Positions 12,396 to 25,700 of a stretch of DNA of 64,000 bases are shown here, piece after piece (position 1 is the stretch's first letter; the number at the start of each line of letters is the position of its first letter). The DNA is from the human T2T-CHM13v2.0 reference genome, Homo sapiens. The notes beneath the pieces were generated by a model that made no database searches, had not been told where the DNA came from, and worked only from the letters and a program-made list of their open reading frames with translations. The stretch lies in assembly GCF_009914755.1 (NCBI RefSeq), contig NC_060925.1; one strand, given 5' to 3'. Both the position numbers and the translations under genes were made by a program.

Positions 12396-12752
12396 TGTAT
12401 TAGTCCCTTTTCATGCTGCTAATAAAGACATACCTGAGACTGAGAAGAAAAAAAGGCTTAATGAACTTACAGTTCTACACAGCTGTGGAGGCCTCACAAT
12501 CATGGAGGAAGGCAAGGAGGAGCAAGTCACATCTTACATGGATGGCAACAGGCAAAGAAAGAGCTTGTGCAGGGAAACTCCAATTTTTAAAACCATCAGA
12601 TCTGGGGAAACCCATTCACTCATGAGTGGCATGGAAAGACCTGCACCCATAATTCAATCACCTTCCCACTGGGTTCCTCCCAGAACACATGGGAACTGTA
12701 GGAGTTACAATTCAAGATGAGATTTGGGTGGGGACACAGCCAAATCATATCA
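12396..12752 (-). mobile_element. THE1 (ERVL-MaLR) solo LTR
   Basis: Ends tgtattagtc...ggggacacagccaaatcatatca; 5-bp TSD ATAGT (12391-12395, 12753-12757). Confidence 0.93.
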
Positions 12753-12793
12753 ATAGTATTACATAATATGAATTTGTATCATAATTTAAATAA

Positions 12794-13141
<348 letters not shown>

Positions 13142-13199
13142 CCCTCTTTCAAATAATGCTATTTCAATATGTATGTTCTTATATTTCTATCTATCTTAG

Positions 13200-14270
13200 C
13201 AATTTGCAGAATCACCAGATTAGACACGCTCATTTTCAATGTAGATATGTACTGCTAAAATATGTATTGTGCACTCCCATTCTCTTCTAAGAAACAATGC
13301 TTGCTTCTTGGTATTAACCACTGTGTATTTTAGCAATCTATTTTTACCAGTTTAATAGACTAAAATTAAATCATATTTAAACCATACTTTATGTTACTTG
13401 TATATTCCATTGCTAATAAAGTTGAGGCATCTTTTCATACATTGGTAAGTCATTTATACCACCTCTGTGAATTTCCTGTTCTTGACTTTTTTCCATTTTC
13501 AATGTTTTTTTTTGACTTGCAGTAAGACTGTGTATATTAAGGATATTGCCCTTTTATTTTTTATATATAATATTGTTTGGCTGTGTCCCCACCTAAATCT
13601 CATCTTGAATTCCCACATGTTGTGGGAGGGACCCAGTGGGAGGTAATTAAATCATGGGGGCAGGTCTTTCCCATGTTTTTCTCATGATGATGAATAAGTC
13701 TCAGGAGATCTGATGGATTTAGAAATGGGAACTTCCCTGCACAAGCTCTCCTTGCCTGCTGTCATCCACATAATATGTGACTTGCTCCTCCTTGCCTTCC
13801 ACCATGATTGTGAGGCCTCCCCAGTCATGTAGAACTGTAAGTCCAATAAATCTCTTTCTTTTGTAAATTGCCCAGTCTCGGGTATGTCTTTATCAGCAGC
13901 ATGAAAACAAACTAATACAATATATGTTACAATTTTTTTTCCAGGCTGCCATTTTATTCTGCAGTGAGGGTATTTTGTTGGTTTGTTTTTTACCATGTAA
14001 GAGTTTTACAAAATTTTACAAAGTTTTAAGTGAGACTTATCTTTTGTAGATTCTTTGATTTGTTTCCTGTTTAGAAAACATTTCTCTCCTCAAAAATTAT
14101 AAATATATCCCCATTGTCATTTTCTACAATTAGAGTTTTGTTTTACCTTTAGTTTTTCTAGATTTTATGGAATTTTTTTTTGTGTCTCATGTGAGTTAGA
14201 AATTTTGTTTTCCCATAAACGTATAGCCAATAGACACCCCAATAGTTTTTAAGCTACATACTTGAAATCT
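13200..14270 (-). mobile_element. Old L1M fragment interrupted by THE1
   Basis: gttgaggcatcttttcatac...ctgtgaatttcctgttc...tatattaaggatattgcccttt antisense L1 3' pattern. Confidence 0.6.
13568..13919 (+). mobile_element. THE1 solo LTR
   Basis: taatattgtttggctgtgtccccacc...aactaataca; TSD ATATA. Confidence 0.92.
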
Positions 14271-14282
14271 TACTTTAGGTAG

Positions 14283-14646
14283 TGTATTAGTCCATTCTCA
14301 CATTGCTATAAAGAACTACTGGAGACTGGGTAATGTATAAAGAGGTTTAATTGGCTCACAGTTTCACAGGCTATATGGAAAGCATGACTGGGGAGGCCTC
14401 AGGAAACTTACAGTCATGGTGAAAGGGAAGCAGGCATGTCCTACATGGCTGGAGCAGGAGGAAGAAAAAGAAGGGGGAGTTGCTACACACTTTTAAATAA
14501 CCAGATGTCATGAGAACTCACTATCATGAGAACAGCAAGGAGAAAATCTGCCCCGAAGATCCAATCACCTCTCATCAATCTCCTCCAACACTGGGGATTA
14601 AATTCAACATGAGATTTGGGCAGGGACTCAAATCCAAATCATATGA
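14283..14646 (-). mobile_element. MSTA-like MaLR solo LTR
   Basis: tgtattagtccattctcacattgctataaagaa...aatccaaatcatatga; TSD GGTAG. Confidence 0.9.
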
Positions 14647-14656
14647 GGTAGGTTTC

Positions 14657-15120
14657 TGTGACAGTCACTATGGGACTGAACCAAGGAGGATGAACACCAC
14701 TTGTGACAGTTACTACTAGACTGAAAGAAAGAGGATGAATGCAGTAATGAAAACTTAAGACAAAAGAATCTGTTTTAAAGAAGGGGTCAGGGGGCTCCTT
14801 GCTTCTAGTGGGCAAAGGCCTTGAGCTTCCACGGCCCTCTGTATTTATTGGGTAGAAAGAGCAGGGAGGATGAGGTAATGGTTGGTCAGCTGCTTGGTTG
14901 ATCACTCATTCACATTATTGCTAACAGGCTTCAGATGTGCCTAATCACAAGAAACACTTGCATCTGAGGCGTGACTGCCCTCAGCACTCCCTCTGGGTGG
15001 CAGACGCAGTTTGTCAGTTTGCCAACATTCTGCATTTATGAGAAGAGTTTGCTGTTTACTCATATAGCCTCCAGTGGTATACTGAGCTGATCACAACCCT
15101 CATTCTTTCAGCCTCCAACA
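14657..15120 (-). mobile_element. ERVK-class solo LTR, LTR3 (HML-6)-like
   Basis: TG...CA ends; 6-bp TSD GGTTTC (14651-14656, 15121-15126); minus strand begins TGTTGGAGGCTGAAAGAATGAGGGTTGTGATCAGCTCAGTATACCACTGGAGGCTATATGAG; AATAAA on the minus strand near 14845. Confidence 0.8.
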
Positions 15121-15379
15121 GGTTTCCATTAGTCTTTTTGAAATATTGAATTTATCTCATCTGGCCTCTGTTATTTACTCAGATTGGGAAACACTAGTAA
15201 GACCATAAAATAATAAAAATAATACTACCCTTAGTATTCAACATTGACCTTAAGACCTATCACAGGTTTTTCTAGTAAAGAACATAATTTTATGCAATAC
15301 CATTTTCCCTTTTTGCCAGATGTCTGCTATGACCAACAGCATTGAGTTTCCAGATGGCTAAGTGGGGGTAGTTAGGAGC

Positions 15380-15758
15380 TGTATTGGGTTGCTAGGGATG
15401 CCATAACAAAGTAATGCAGACTAGGTGGATTAGAACAGAAATTTATTTCCTTACAGTTCTGGAGGCTAGAAGTCTAAGAACAAAGTGTGGGCAGGTTTGG
15501 TTTCTTTGGAGGCCTGTCTCTTTGTCTTGTAGATGATTATCTTCTCCCTGTGACTTTATATGGTCTTTCCTCTGTGTGTGTGTGTCTATGTCTCAGTCTC
15601 CTCTTCTTACAAGAACACCAGATTAGGGTTTAGTCTAGTGGCATTATTTAATACGTATCTCTACAAAGATCCTACTTCCAAAAACAGTCACATTTGGAGG
15701 ATTTGGGATTAGAACTTCAACATATAAATTTTGGCTGGATGCAATTCAGTCTGTAACA
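15380..15758 (-). mobile_element. MLT1B-like MaLR LTR
   Basis: gatgccataacaaagta...cagttctggaggctagaagtc...aattcagtctgtaaca. Confidence 0.85.
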
Positions 15759-15849
15759 AAAGTATAGTTAGTGTTGTTGAGATAAAGCTATGCTAACTGG
15801 TCCACACAGGTATTGAGCCTGTTAACTTGGGTTTATTGTCCCTACAGCT

Positions 15850-16028
15850 AATCTAGTTGCTCTGAAACATTAGCATGCAACTTTTTAGATGGAGGATTTA
15901 CTAAATCAGATGGTGGGGTCCCACATCAGTGACTTAATTCAGTTGGTCTAGGGTGGGGCCAGATAATTTACATTTCTAACCAGGTCCCAGGCAATGCTAA
16001 TCTTAGGAACAGACTTTGAGAACCACTG
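15850..16028. mobile_element. MER5A-like hAT MITE, apparently inside a MamSINE1-like relic (~15790-16050)
   Basis: ttcagttggtctagggtggggcc...catttctaaccaggtcccagg...actttgagaaccactg. Confidence 0.7.
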
Positions 16029-16089
16029 GCCAAATCAACTAGGCTAAGCAGCTATATGGCATGATATGAAATATATAATAACCATGAAG

Positions 16090-16382
16090 ATTTTTTTGAG
16101 ACAGGTTCCACTCTGTTGCCCAGGCTGCAGTGCAGTGGCACAATCATGGCTCACTGCAGCTTCAACTTCCAGGCTCAAGCCATCTCCCACCTCAGTCTCC
16201 TGAGCAGCTGGGTACAGGTGCACACCACCATGACTAGGTAATTTTTTAAAAATTATTATTTATTTTTTGTAGAAACAGGATCTTACTGTATTACCCAAGA
16301 TGGTTTCCTGGGCTTGAGCAATCCTCCCACCTTGGCCTCCCAAAATGCTGGGATTACAGGCATGAGCCACCTTGCCCAGCCT
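16090..16382 (-). mobile_element. AluJ
   Basis: AluJ diagnostics caatcatggctcactgcagc and ggcttgagcaatcctcccacc. Confidence 0.92.
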
Positions 16383-19264
16383 CATGGAGCTTTTTGATAA
16401 TGCAAAGTTGCTCCACTCTTTTAGTACTGGCAATTTCATCAGTTTCCTAAATTGTATTTTTTGCCTCAACACCAAACCATTTAGACCTGAAAAATGTAAA
16501 AGCTGTGCAGAAAGAGGCAAGAACATGAGATTATATCAATTGACAGTAAAAAATGTACATAAAAAAACAAAACACATAAGTGAGTCAAGTGTTGGCTGGT
16601 CTAAAATCTCTTATTAGTTTCAAAAGGATTATTGTCATCATGTAGACAGGCAAAATTCCCATAGTCATCTCTGGGAATATTGCTTATATTTTATTATTTT
16701 AACTAAAGCTTTTCTTCTTTTTAAAAATTCCAGGTCATTTGGATTAATTTTACGTTTTCATTCTTACACTTTCAATGTTTATAATCTTCTTTGATCCTTG
16801 TATTTTCCACTCTTGTTTTAGTCCAGTTGGTCTTAAGATAATTTCCTACTCTAGTAAAATAAGTCTTTAATAAGTTGTTGGCTCTTCATGGGGATACTGG
16901 GTATTTATTTTCCAAATAAAATATAAAGCTGATCCTTTTCTTCTGGAGCAAGTAAATTATTAAATGGATTTTATTCAAAATAATTAGAATGACAGTTGAG
17001 AATAAATGAATCAAAACCAAATAAAAATACTTGAACACAAAATGCCATTCTAAAGACATTAAAAATACAGAGTCTTTTATGCAATTCCAAATACATGGTA
17101 TTTCAAAGGTAAGGAGAAGCAGAAAAGCTAACTGCAGAAGCAAAAGTCCAGGCTATGCTTTTTCAAGACATTATTTCCATCCAGGAAAGTTTCTCTCCTT
17201 CCTAAGAAGAATATGTCATTGGCTACTATGAAGTTTACAAAGAATATTAAACATACACACAGATTAAAATGTTTTAGTCATTTTAAATGTTATTGTTCTG
17301 AAATCTCCATGCAAAGTATCCTAATTCATAAATTGGAACTATTCAAGGAGTAGAAAATGGCAATAGTATACAATTTTTTTGAAGATTGTGACGTTTGTCA
17401 TCACTTTATGATTTGGGTTTTATAAGATTAGTGATTTCCTCACAGAGCTACTCAAAAGAAAATATAAAACAGGAGCTAAAAAGTGTGAGAATTAAAGAAG
17501 CTAAAATTAGAAGTATTACATAGTTATTTGCTTTCCTAATTGTGGGTAAGCAGATATTAAAATTGTGCTTTAGTGATGCTTTCAGAGATGTCTTAGGAAA
17601 TAATGGCATTTTCCATGAGGTAAAATTCTCCAGAAAATCTAGCTATGGCTCCTGAGGCTCTTACCCTTTTTCTGATTTGTGGCACATTTCTTCCAGCCCT
17701 TATTAATCACACTAATCAGAAACTTGTGATACTCAGAAAAGGTTTTACAAGAACCCCATGTGCCAATGCCCAGAAGTTCAACAGAGCTTAGAATTATGTG
17801 GTGGTGTGCTTTTGGGCTGTAATATAGTCCAACTGTAGAATCAACTGGCTTTTGCCTTCTATGTTCCCTAGTCACGTTGTTAGCTCATTGTCTGTGCCTG
17901 TGAAGGTAGATAGCTAGTCCTCTACTGATTTAAGCTGATATATGGCTTATGTCCTACTAAACTGTAAACATATTTTGAATCAGCTGACCCTTAGCAGAAT
18001 AGTCTACCATGGACTGTAATTCAATTCAGAATTAAGACAGCAATTCATTCTGACCTAATGAGGCAACATCAACCACTTAGCCCATGGACTGGAAGTGCTA
18101 TCACTCCCTTGTACATGTGTTTAGGAACTTTCCAGATTCCTGGAGGAGGATAAGTATGGGGAAAGACGGGGGAAGGATTTTAATGTCTGTAGTCTCAGAA
18201 GAAAAACTTGCAGATTTCAAGAATAGAAGATGATCTGTCATCATATTACAACATTGCCTTTGGAAATAATTTAACTCTCATTAAGTATTACCAGTAATTC
18301 TTTACAAGATTATAACCACCCCCTGAAATTCAACTTTCAATTGTAATTCTGAGTAAATTTTGCAAGTAGGTAAGAGTGTCATTATCAAACTTTAAAATAT
18401 TAACACCATCTGAAAAAAACGCCTGTGGTTAGACCTCCGCTTGACTAATGGCATATTTTTATTTATAGATACAAGCCCTTTGCTCTAATAATAAAGAGAT
18501 GGTAGGTGGTTATTGAGTCCCAACATGTGAGCTTCTAACTTTGCTTCATTGCATTGGCCACTGCAGGCAAAGTATCATCATGCCTTAATTGATGTATAGC
18601 TGTCTGGGTGTTTTTTTTTACCCCTACCTTTTCATTCCCCTAAGGGTTACCACTGAGTTTTGAATTTTCTCCTAAAATATAATTATGACTGTTGTACTTA
18701 CCTGTTTTGAATTATTTTTATTCTTCATTGTTTACAGAATAAGATCCAAACTACTTAGCATGATAATCAAAGATCTTCATTATCTTGTCTTTAGTGGATC
18801 CTTCCTGGAGAATCTAATCAGCCTATAAATCACCCTCCCCTCTCTGAGATTTCTGAGTCTTTTTCTGTCATGATCAGAGGTGTCTACCAGTAACTACGTT
18901 TATACTCTGTGACTGCCTGGATTTGACCATGTTTACACCTGTTCATTAGCCATAAAAATAAGATTCTCTTGCCTGGAAGTTTTAGATTTGTAACCTTCAC
19001 AATTATTTAATTTGATCCTTACTGTGGTATTATTATATGACTGTATTATTATGTCATCTTAAATAGACAAAAACACTACAGCTTGAAGAAACTATTTGCT
19101 AAAATCCCAGAGAGGATTAAAACATCAGCCTCTTAAGATTCAGGCTACACTGCTGCCATGAAAAAAAAACTTAAAATATGGTGTTATAATTAAAAAGCCT
19201 AATTTATAGGTTGGACACTGGTACCATTATTAATAATTCCATTTGTCTAATGTTATTTAAAAGT

Positions 19265-21811
19265 AACTGGGAAGTCCTAGCCAGAGCAATCAGGCAAGAG
19301 TAAGAAACAAAAGGCATCCACATAGGAAAAGAAGAAGTCAAACTATCTTTCTTCATAGATAATATGATTTTATACCTACAAAACCCTAAAGACTCTACCA
19401 AAAGGCTCCCAGAACTGATAAATGACTTCAGTAAAGTTTTAGGATACAAAATCAGTGTAAAAAAACCTAGCATTTCTGCACACCAATAATGTTTAAGCTG
19501 AAAGCCAAATTAAGAACATAATCCCATTTACAATAGCCACACACACAAAATAATTCGCCTATGAATACATCTAGCTGAGGAGGTGAAATATCTCTACCAG
19601 GAGAAAACATCCTAAAAGAAATCAAAGATGACACAAAGAAATGAAAAAAAAACATTCCATGCTCATGGATTGGGCAAATCAATATCATTAAAATGGCCCT
19701 AACTGACCAAAGCAATGTATAGATTCAACACTACCCCTATAAAACTACCAAAGTCTTTCTTCATAGAAATAGAAAATAACTATTCTAAAATACACATGGA
19801 ACCAGACAAGAACCCAAATAGCCAAGCAATCCTAAGCAAAAAGAAGAAAGCCATAGGCATCACAGTACCTGACTTCGAATTATATTGTAAGGCTACAGAA
19901 GTAAAAACAAGATTGTGCTGGTTAAAAAAAAAAAGAGAGACACATAGACAAATGGAAAAAATAGAAACTCAAGAAAAAAATAAAGCTGCATACCTATAGC
20001 CATCTGATGTTTAACAAAATCAACAAATATAAGCAATGGGAAAAGGACACCCTATTCAATAAATTGTGTTGGGTTAGCCGGCTAGCCAAAAGCAGAAGAT
20101 TGAACCTGCATCCTTATCTTCCACCATATGCAAAAATTAACTCAACATGGATTAAAGAGTTAAATATAAGACCTCAAACTATAAGAATCCTAAAAAAAAC
20201 CTAGGAAACGCCATTCTGGACATCGGCCTTGGGAAAGAATTTATGACTAAGTCCTCTAACACAATTACAACACAAACAAAAATTGACAAGTAGAAGCTAA
20301 TTAAAGAGCTCTGCAAAGCAAAAGAAACTATCAGCAGAGTAAACAGACAACCTACAGAATGAGAGAAAATATTTGCAAACTATGCATCCAGCAAAGGTCT
20401 CATATCCAGAATCTATAAAGAACTTAAATCAACAAACAAGAACCAAATAAACCCATTAAAAAATGAGCAAAGAACACGAACAGACATTTCTCAAAAGAAA
20501 ACATACAAGCAGCCAACAAACATGAAAAAATGTTCTATATCACTAATCATCAGATAAATGCAAATCAAAACCACAATGAGATACCATTCTTTGCACAGCA
20601 GTCAGAATAGGTGTTATTAGAAAGTCAAAAAAACAACAGATGCTGGCAAGGGTGAAGAAAAAAGGAAATGCTTATGTTACCTGATGGAAGGTCTTGTCTA
20701 CGAGTTGTCCAGGTTCTTGGTGCATCCAACAAAGAGTTGAACAAAATGCAAAAAGAAGGCAACAAAAGAATGAAGCAATGAAAGAGGAAGCATCAAAAGT
20801 GAGATTTATCTAAATGAAAGTACACTCCAAAGAGTGGGAGCAGGCTTGAGCAAGTAGTTCAAGAGCTCTGATTACAATGTTCTTTAGCGGTTTTACTAAG
20901 CTAAAAGAATTTGGTAACATGCCTAAGTGCCGTTTAGAGGCCTCCAATTGGTTACACCCTATGAAGGAATGGCTGGTGACCAATCAGAGGCTAAGTAGAG
21001 ACTTGGCCTGTGGTCAATCAGAGGCTGAAGTGGAAACTTCTGTCTTGTTATACAGGAGCAGGCTGTCTGCTGCCTAATCTTTCCTAGAACTAGATGCACC
21101 TGCGGTTCTTTTGCTTCTCCCTTAACCCTTGGTTACCCTAATTCTCTATTCTCCTACCTCACTTATATATACACTGTTGGTGGGAATGCAAATTTGTTCA
21201 GCCCCTGTGGAAAGCAGTTTGGAGATTTTTCAAAGAACTTAAAACAGAACTATCATTCAATCCAGTGATCCCAATACTGGGTATACATCCAAAAGAAAAC
21301 AAATCATTCTACCAAAAGACACATGTGCTCATATGTTCATTGCAGCACTATTCACAATAGCAAATACATGGAATCAACCTAGGTACCCATCAACAATGGA
21401 CTGGATCAAGAAAATGTGCTACATATGCACCACAGAATACTACACAACCATAAAAAATAACAAAATTATGTCATTTGCAGCAACATGGATGCAGCTAGAG
21501 GCCATTATCCTAAGTAAATTAGCACAGAAACAGAAAACCAAATACAAAATGTTATTGCTTATAAGTCAGAGCTAAACACTGGGTACAAATGAATGTAAAG
21601 ATAGGAGTAATAGAAACTAGAGACTATTAGAAGGTGGAGGGTGGGATGGGGGGCAAGTACTGAAAAGGTAACTATTGGGTACTATGCACAGTACCTGGGT
21701 ACCTGGGTGATGGGATCATTTGTAGCCTATACTTCAGCATCACACAATATAGCTAGGTAAATAAAGTGCACATGTACCCCCTGAATCTAAGATAAAAGTT
21801 GAAAAAAATAA
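19265..21811 (+). mobile_element. 5'-truncated old primate L1 (L1PA15/16-L1PB-like)
   Basis: Decayed ORF2 C-terminal fragments (YRFNTTPIKLP, MFIAALFTIA); 3' end tgtaccccctgaatctaagataaaagttg. Confidence 0.93.
20675..21161 (-). mobile_element. MER51-like ERV1 solo LTR nested in L1
   Basis: TG...CA ends; 4-bp TSD CTTA (20671-20674, 21162-21165); repeated caatcagaggct CCAAT-type boxes; L1 resumes colinearly. Confidence 0.85.
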
Positions 21812-22333
21812 ACGTGTATTTTATGTTTAGTATACTACCCCAAATACTACTCATCAAATTTTTTGTCTTTCCAGAAATATGCCTAGCCACTTTATCTCTG
21901 CATTTTAAACATATTAACTAAAAAAGTCAAGGTAAATGTATATGTAAAAATATTTATTTCCAGTTCATAATTATCTTTAAGAAATCTTTGAGCAATAAAG
22001 TCACTTGACATTATTGATGCAAGTGTACTTCTATACCAATTGCAAGAGGTAGCTGGGAAAGGGAGAGATGGATACGTGTATGTAAAAGGAAGAGAGGTGG
22101 GAAATATATTTTTAAAAGTATACTCTATCCTAGGTATTGTACTAGGTATAATTTCTTAATCCTCAAAAAAAATGAGATAAGTATTATTATCAGTATTTCA
22201 CAATGAATCTGAGGAAAAGTGTCTTGTACATTTCTAAAAGGATTTATACTTTTTAATTTTTCCCAGAGCAGATAAGAGGCTTTTAGTGTGCCTCAGTCAC
22301 TTGGAAATAGCGAAATAGTGGGAAAACACCAAT

Positions 22334-22705
22334 TTACATGGTTTGGCTACGTCCCAACCCAAATCTCATCTTGAATTATACTCCCATAATCCCCACGTGT
22401 TGTAGGAGGAAACTGATGGGAGATAATTGAATCATGGGGGCAGTTTCCCCCGTAGTGTTCTCCTGGTAGAATAAGTCTCATGAGATCTGATGGTTTTATC
22501 AGGGTTTTCTGCTTTTGCCTCCTCCTCATTCTCTCTTTGCCTGCTGCCATCCATGTAAGATGGGACTTGCTCCTCCTTGCCTTCCACCATGATTGTGAGG
22601 CTTCCCTAGCCACGTGGAGCTGTAAGTCCAGTTAAATCTCTTCCTTTTGTAAATTGCCCCGTCTCCAGTATGTCTATATCAGCAGCATGAAAACGGACTA
22701 ATACA
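22334..22705 (+). mobile_element. THE1 solo LTR
   Basis: atggtttggct...cccaaatctcatcttgaatt...aaacggactaataca; TSD CCAAT/CCAAC. Confidence 0.92.
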
Positions 22706-22759
22706 CCAACTCTATTTCTTTAATTCAAAAAAGAAAAAAGGAATTTACTAGAATAGTGA

Positions 22760-25700
22760 AGGATACCCCAGATCCTGGGGAGGTGACAGTTGATGAACAG
22801 CTCCCAGGACAGCATCAGGCTGATGAAAGTGAGTGAAGCTCCAGCATGAACGAGGGGCAGAGGCTCCCATTGTGACTCACCTTTCCACTAGGGATCCAAG
22901 CAACCCAGGCCAAGGGAGAGCACCTTGTTTCTCCAAAGCCCTGGGGGAAATGTTGGGAGAAGTTTGGAGATGCAGAGAGGGAAAGACACTGGGAAAAGCT
23001 GTAGGCATTTTCTCAGATCCAGGACTTAAAGCAGGATGCCAGTTTTCACCTGGGCTCATGCAAAGTAAGCCATTTTTTAGCAACCCAGCAGTGTGGCCAA
23101 GCAAGCATTCCAGTCAGGTCAGAGATTGGTGCACTTACTCTGGAGTGGGACAGGACCCCACAGCCAGAATTGAGTGACAAATGTGGAAAGCATCCCAGCA
23201 GTAGGCACTGGAATTGGGCTGTCTTCCATCACAGGTCTGAAGTGGGAGGAGAGTTTCTGAAGCCATTTTTTTCTCCTAGATGGTGAGATCTGCAGCCAGG
23301 GTCAGCTTTGCATCCTGGAACCAGTCTGTGTGTGTCATTGCTAGGTGCCCCAGCCTACTTTCCTGAGATCATGGTGCAGTAGCAATCTCTCTGTTTCACA
23401 CCCAGGTGTATCTCCAGGTGCTTGGAGCACCCTCTCACCAGGATTAGCAGCCTGAGCTGCCCCTCTCTTCCTGTGCAGAAATCCTGGTGCAGTAGCACAC
23501 TCTCTGTTCCACACATAGCAGGCCTCTGGTGCACCTGCCCTCCTGGAACAGGAAGTTGAGCTGCCATCCCCGACCCATGTAAAAAACTTGGTGTAGTGGC
23601 ACTCCCTCCACTCTATACCCAGATATAACGTCAGGCATTTGGCACACCTGTTCCCGTAGATTAGGATCTTGGGCTACCTCTCCCTTCCCATGCAAATACC
23701 TTGTGGCAGTGGTTTCTCTGCTTCTTCTATGGACATATCACCCAGGATGAGGTGCACCTGCACCCCTAGAGTAGGTGTCTGAGCCACGCTTCCCATCCCC
23801 TGCAAAGACCTTGTTGCGGCACCAGTTTCCTCCTTGCCAGAGCAGATTTCCAGGCACTTGGCACATGTACTAGCTTGGATTAGGAGCCTGGGCTACCCCT
23901 CTTTTTAGATGCAGAAATCTTGGTGCAGCAGCGTTTTCTCCTCTCAATGCCCAGACCTATCTCCAGGCATTTGGAGCACCCATTCTTTTAGATTAGAAGT
24001 TTAGGCTGCCCCCTCATCCCCATGCAGGGAACTTGGAGCAGAGGATGTTTCTCAACTCCATGCCTAGGCACACGTCTGGATGCTAGGTGGCTGTGCACTG
24101 GATCCCTTGGAGCTGGTATTTGTGCCTGCCGTTGGGGGACTTATAGGTGGGCCAACCTAGTTCAGCCCTGCCCAGCTTGGTCCCATTCTCCAGAGCTGAG
24201 CCGGGAGCCCAAGGCAACAGAGCTTTTTCTCAGTAAACAAGGACCAGGTATATATCCATCGGTATTGGCTACACAGCCAGGTCTTACCCAGAAAAGCCAC
24301 CAACTGGCCTGCAGGTTGAAGGGCGCAGCACAATAGGAAACCTGCTAACACAAGTGCACAACACTGGTGAATGAGATAGGCTCCCTGGGACCACTGCCAC
24401 CTCAGTCTGCTAGGAGGCATTGAGCCTGCTCACGTGCCCAGTACATCACTACTACAATCAACATTTGGGAAAGCCACCATGCAAGGCTATCTGCAACCAA
24501 GGAACTTTATGCAGACTCTTTGCCACGGAGAACACTCAGAACCAGAGATCTAACCCCCAGCGCAGTCTTCACCTAATGAATGGGAATTACAGCCTGCCTA
24601 AGTCCATCTTGGGCCAATGGAAATGTGGGCCAACACCAGCTGCTGAAGGTGGCACTGCCAAAGCTCAGGAACCGATGTGGAGAGGGGTTCATCTCTTGCC
24701 CTCTACCTCTCTCCTGAGTGCACTGCTGATGACTTGGCAGTGGTTCTTCCCACTGGGGCCCACAGAGTCAAGGTTGAAAGAGACTGCTGGGGTTTCTAAG
24801 GCGGCTTTACCCCAAATAAAGGCAAACACACTCAGGGGAGGAAGCTTTTCATGCTTCTCCTTTGCCTCCGCCCCACCCCCTCTCCCTGCCCGCTCTTACT
24901 CTTAAGTGTCACCTACTGGATTGAAGCCTGAATTACACCATCAAACAAAAATATATTGCTGCAACAAGCAAAGCCTGAGAAAGCCACTGCACGAACCTAT
25001 CTGCAGCCAAAGAACCTGCACAGAGCCTTGGCACCCTGAAAGCACCCCAAAATGAAGCCAATCCATACATAAAATACTCTACAGTCATATTCCCAAGGGA
25101 AAACAAGAATAGAAAATCAAAAGGCTTTATTCAGATGATAGCAAATTCAATAAAAAAGTGTCAGCTTTCTCAGATGAGAAAGAACCAGCACAAGAACTCC
25201 AGAAATACAAAAAGCCAGAATGTTTTGTTAACTCCAAAGAATCCCACTAGCTCCCAAGTAATGGATTCTAACAAGAATGAAATGTCTGAAATGACAAATA
25301 TAGAATTCAGAATACGGGTGGCAAAGAAACTCAATGAGATCCAAGAGAAGTTGAAATCCACACAAAACCAGAAAAACAATCCAAGATTTGAAATAGAACA
25401 TGACTATTTTCACAAAGAACTTCTGGAATTAAAAAATTCACTGGAGGAATTTCTAAATACAGTTGTAAGCCTTAAGAATAGACTAGACCAAACAGAAGAA
25501 AGAATTTCAGATTTCAAAGACTGTATCTTTGAATCAAACCAGTAAGACAAAAACAAAGTAAAAAGAATTTTAAAAAATGAACAAAGTTCTCAAGAAATAT
25601 GGGATTATGTAAAATGACCAAATATATGACTTATTGGCATTCTTGAGAGAGAAGAAGACAAAGCAAGCAACTTGTAAAACTTATTTGAGGACATAATCCT

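Noticed and set aside
23340-24100. Regularly spaced repeats as a CRISPR-like array
   Set aside because: Whole units are homologous with no unique spacers; part of an L1 5' UTR in primate DNA
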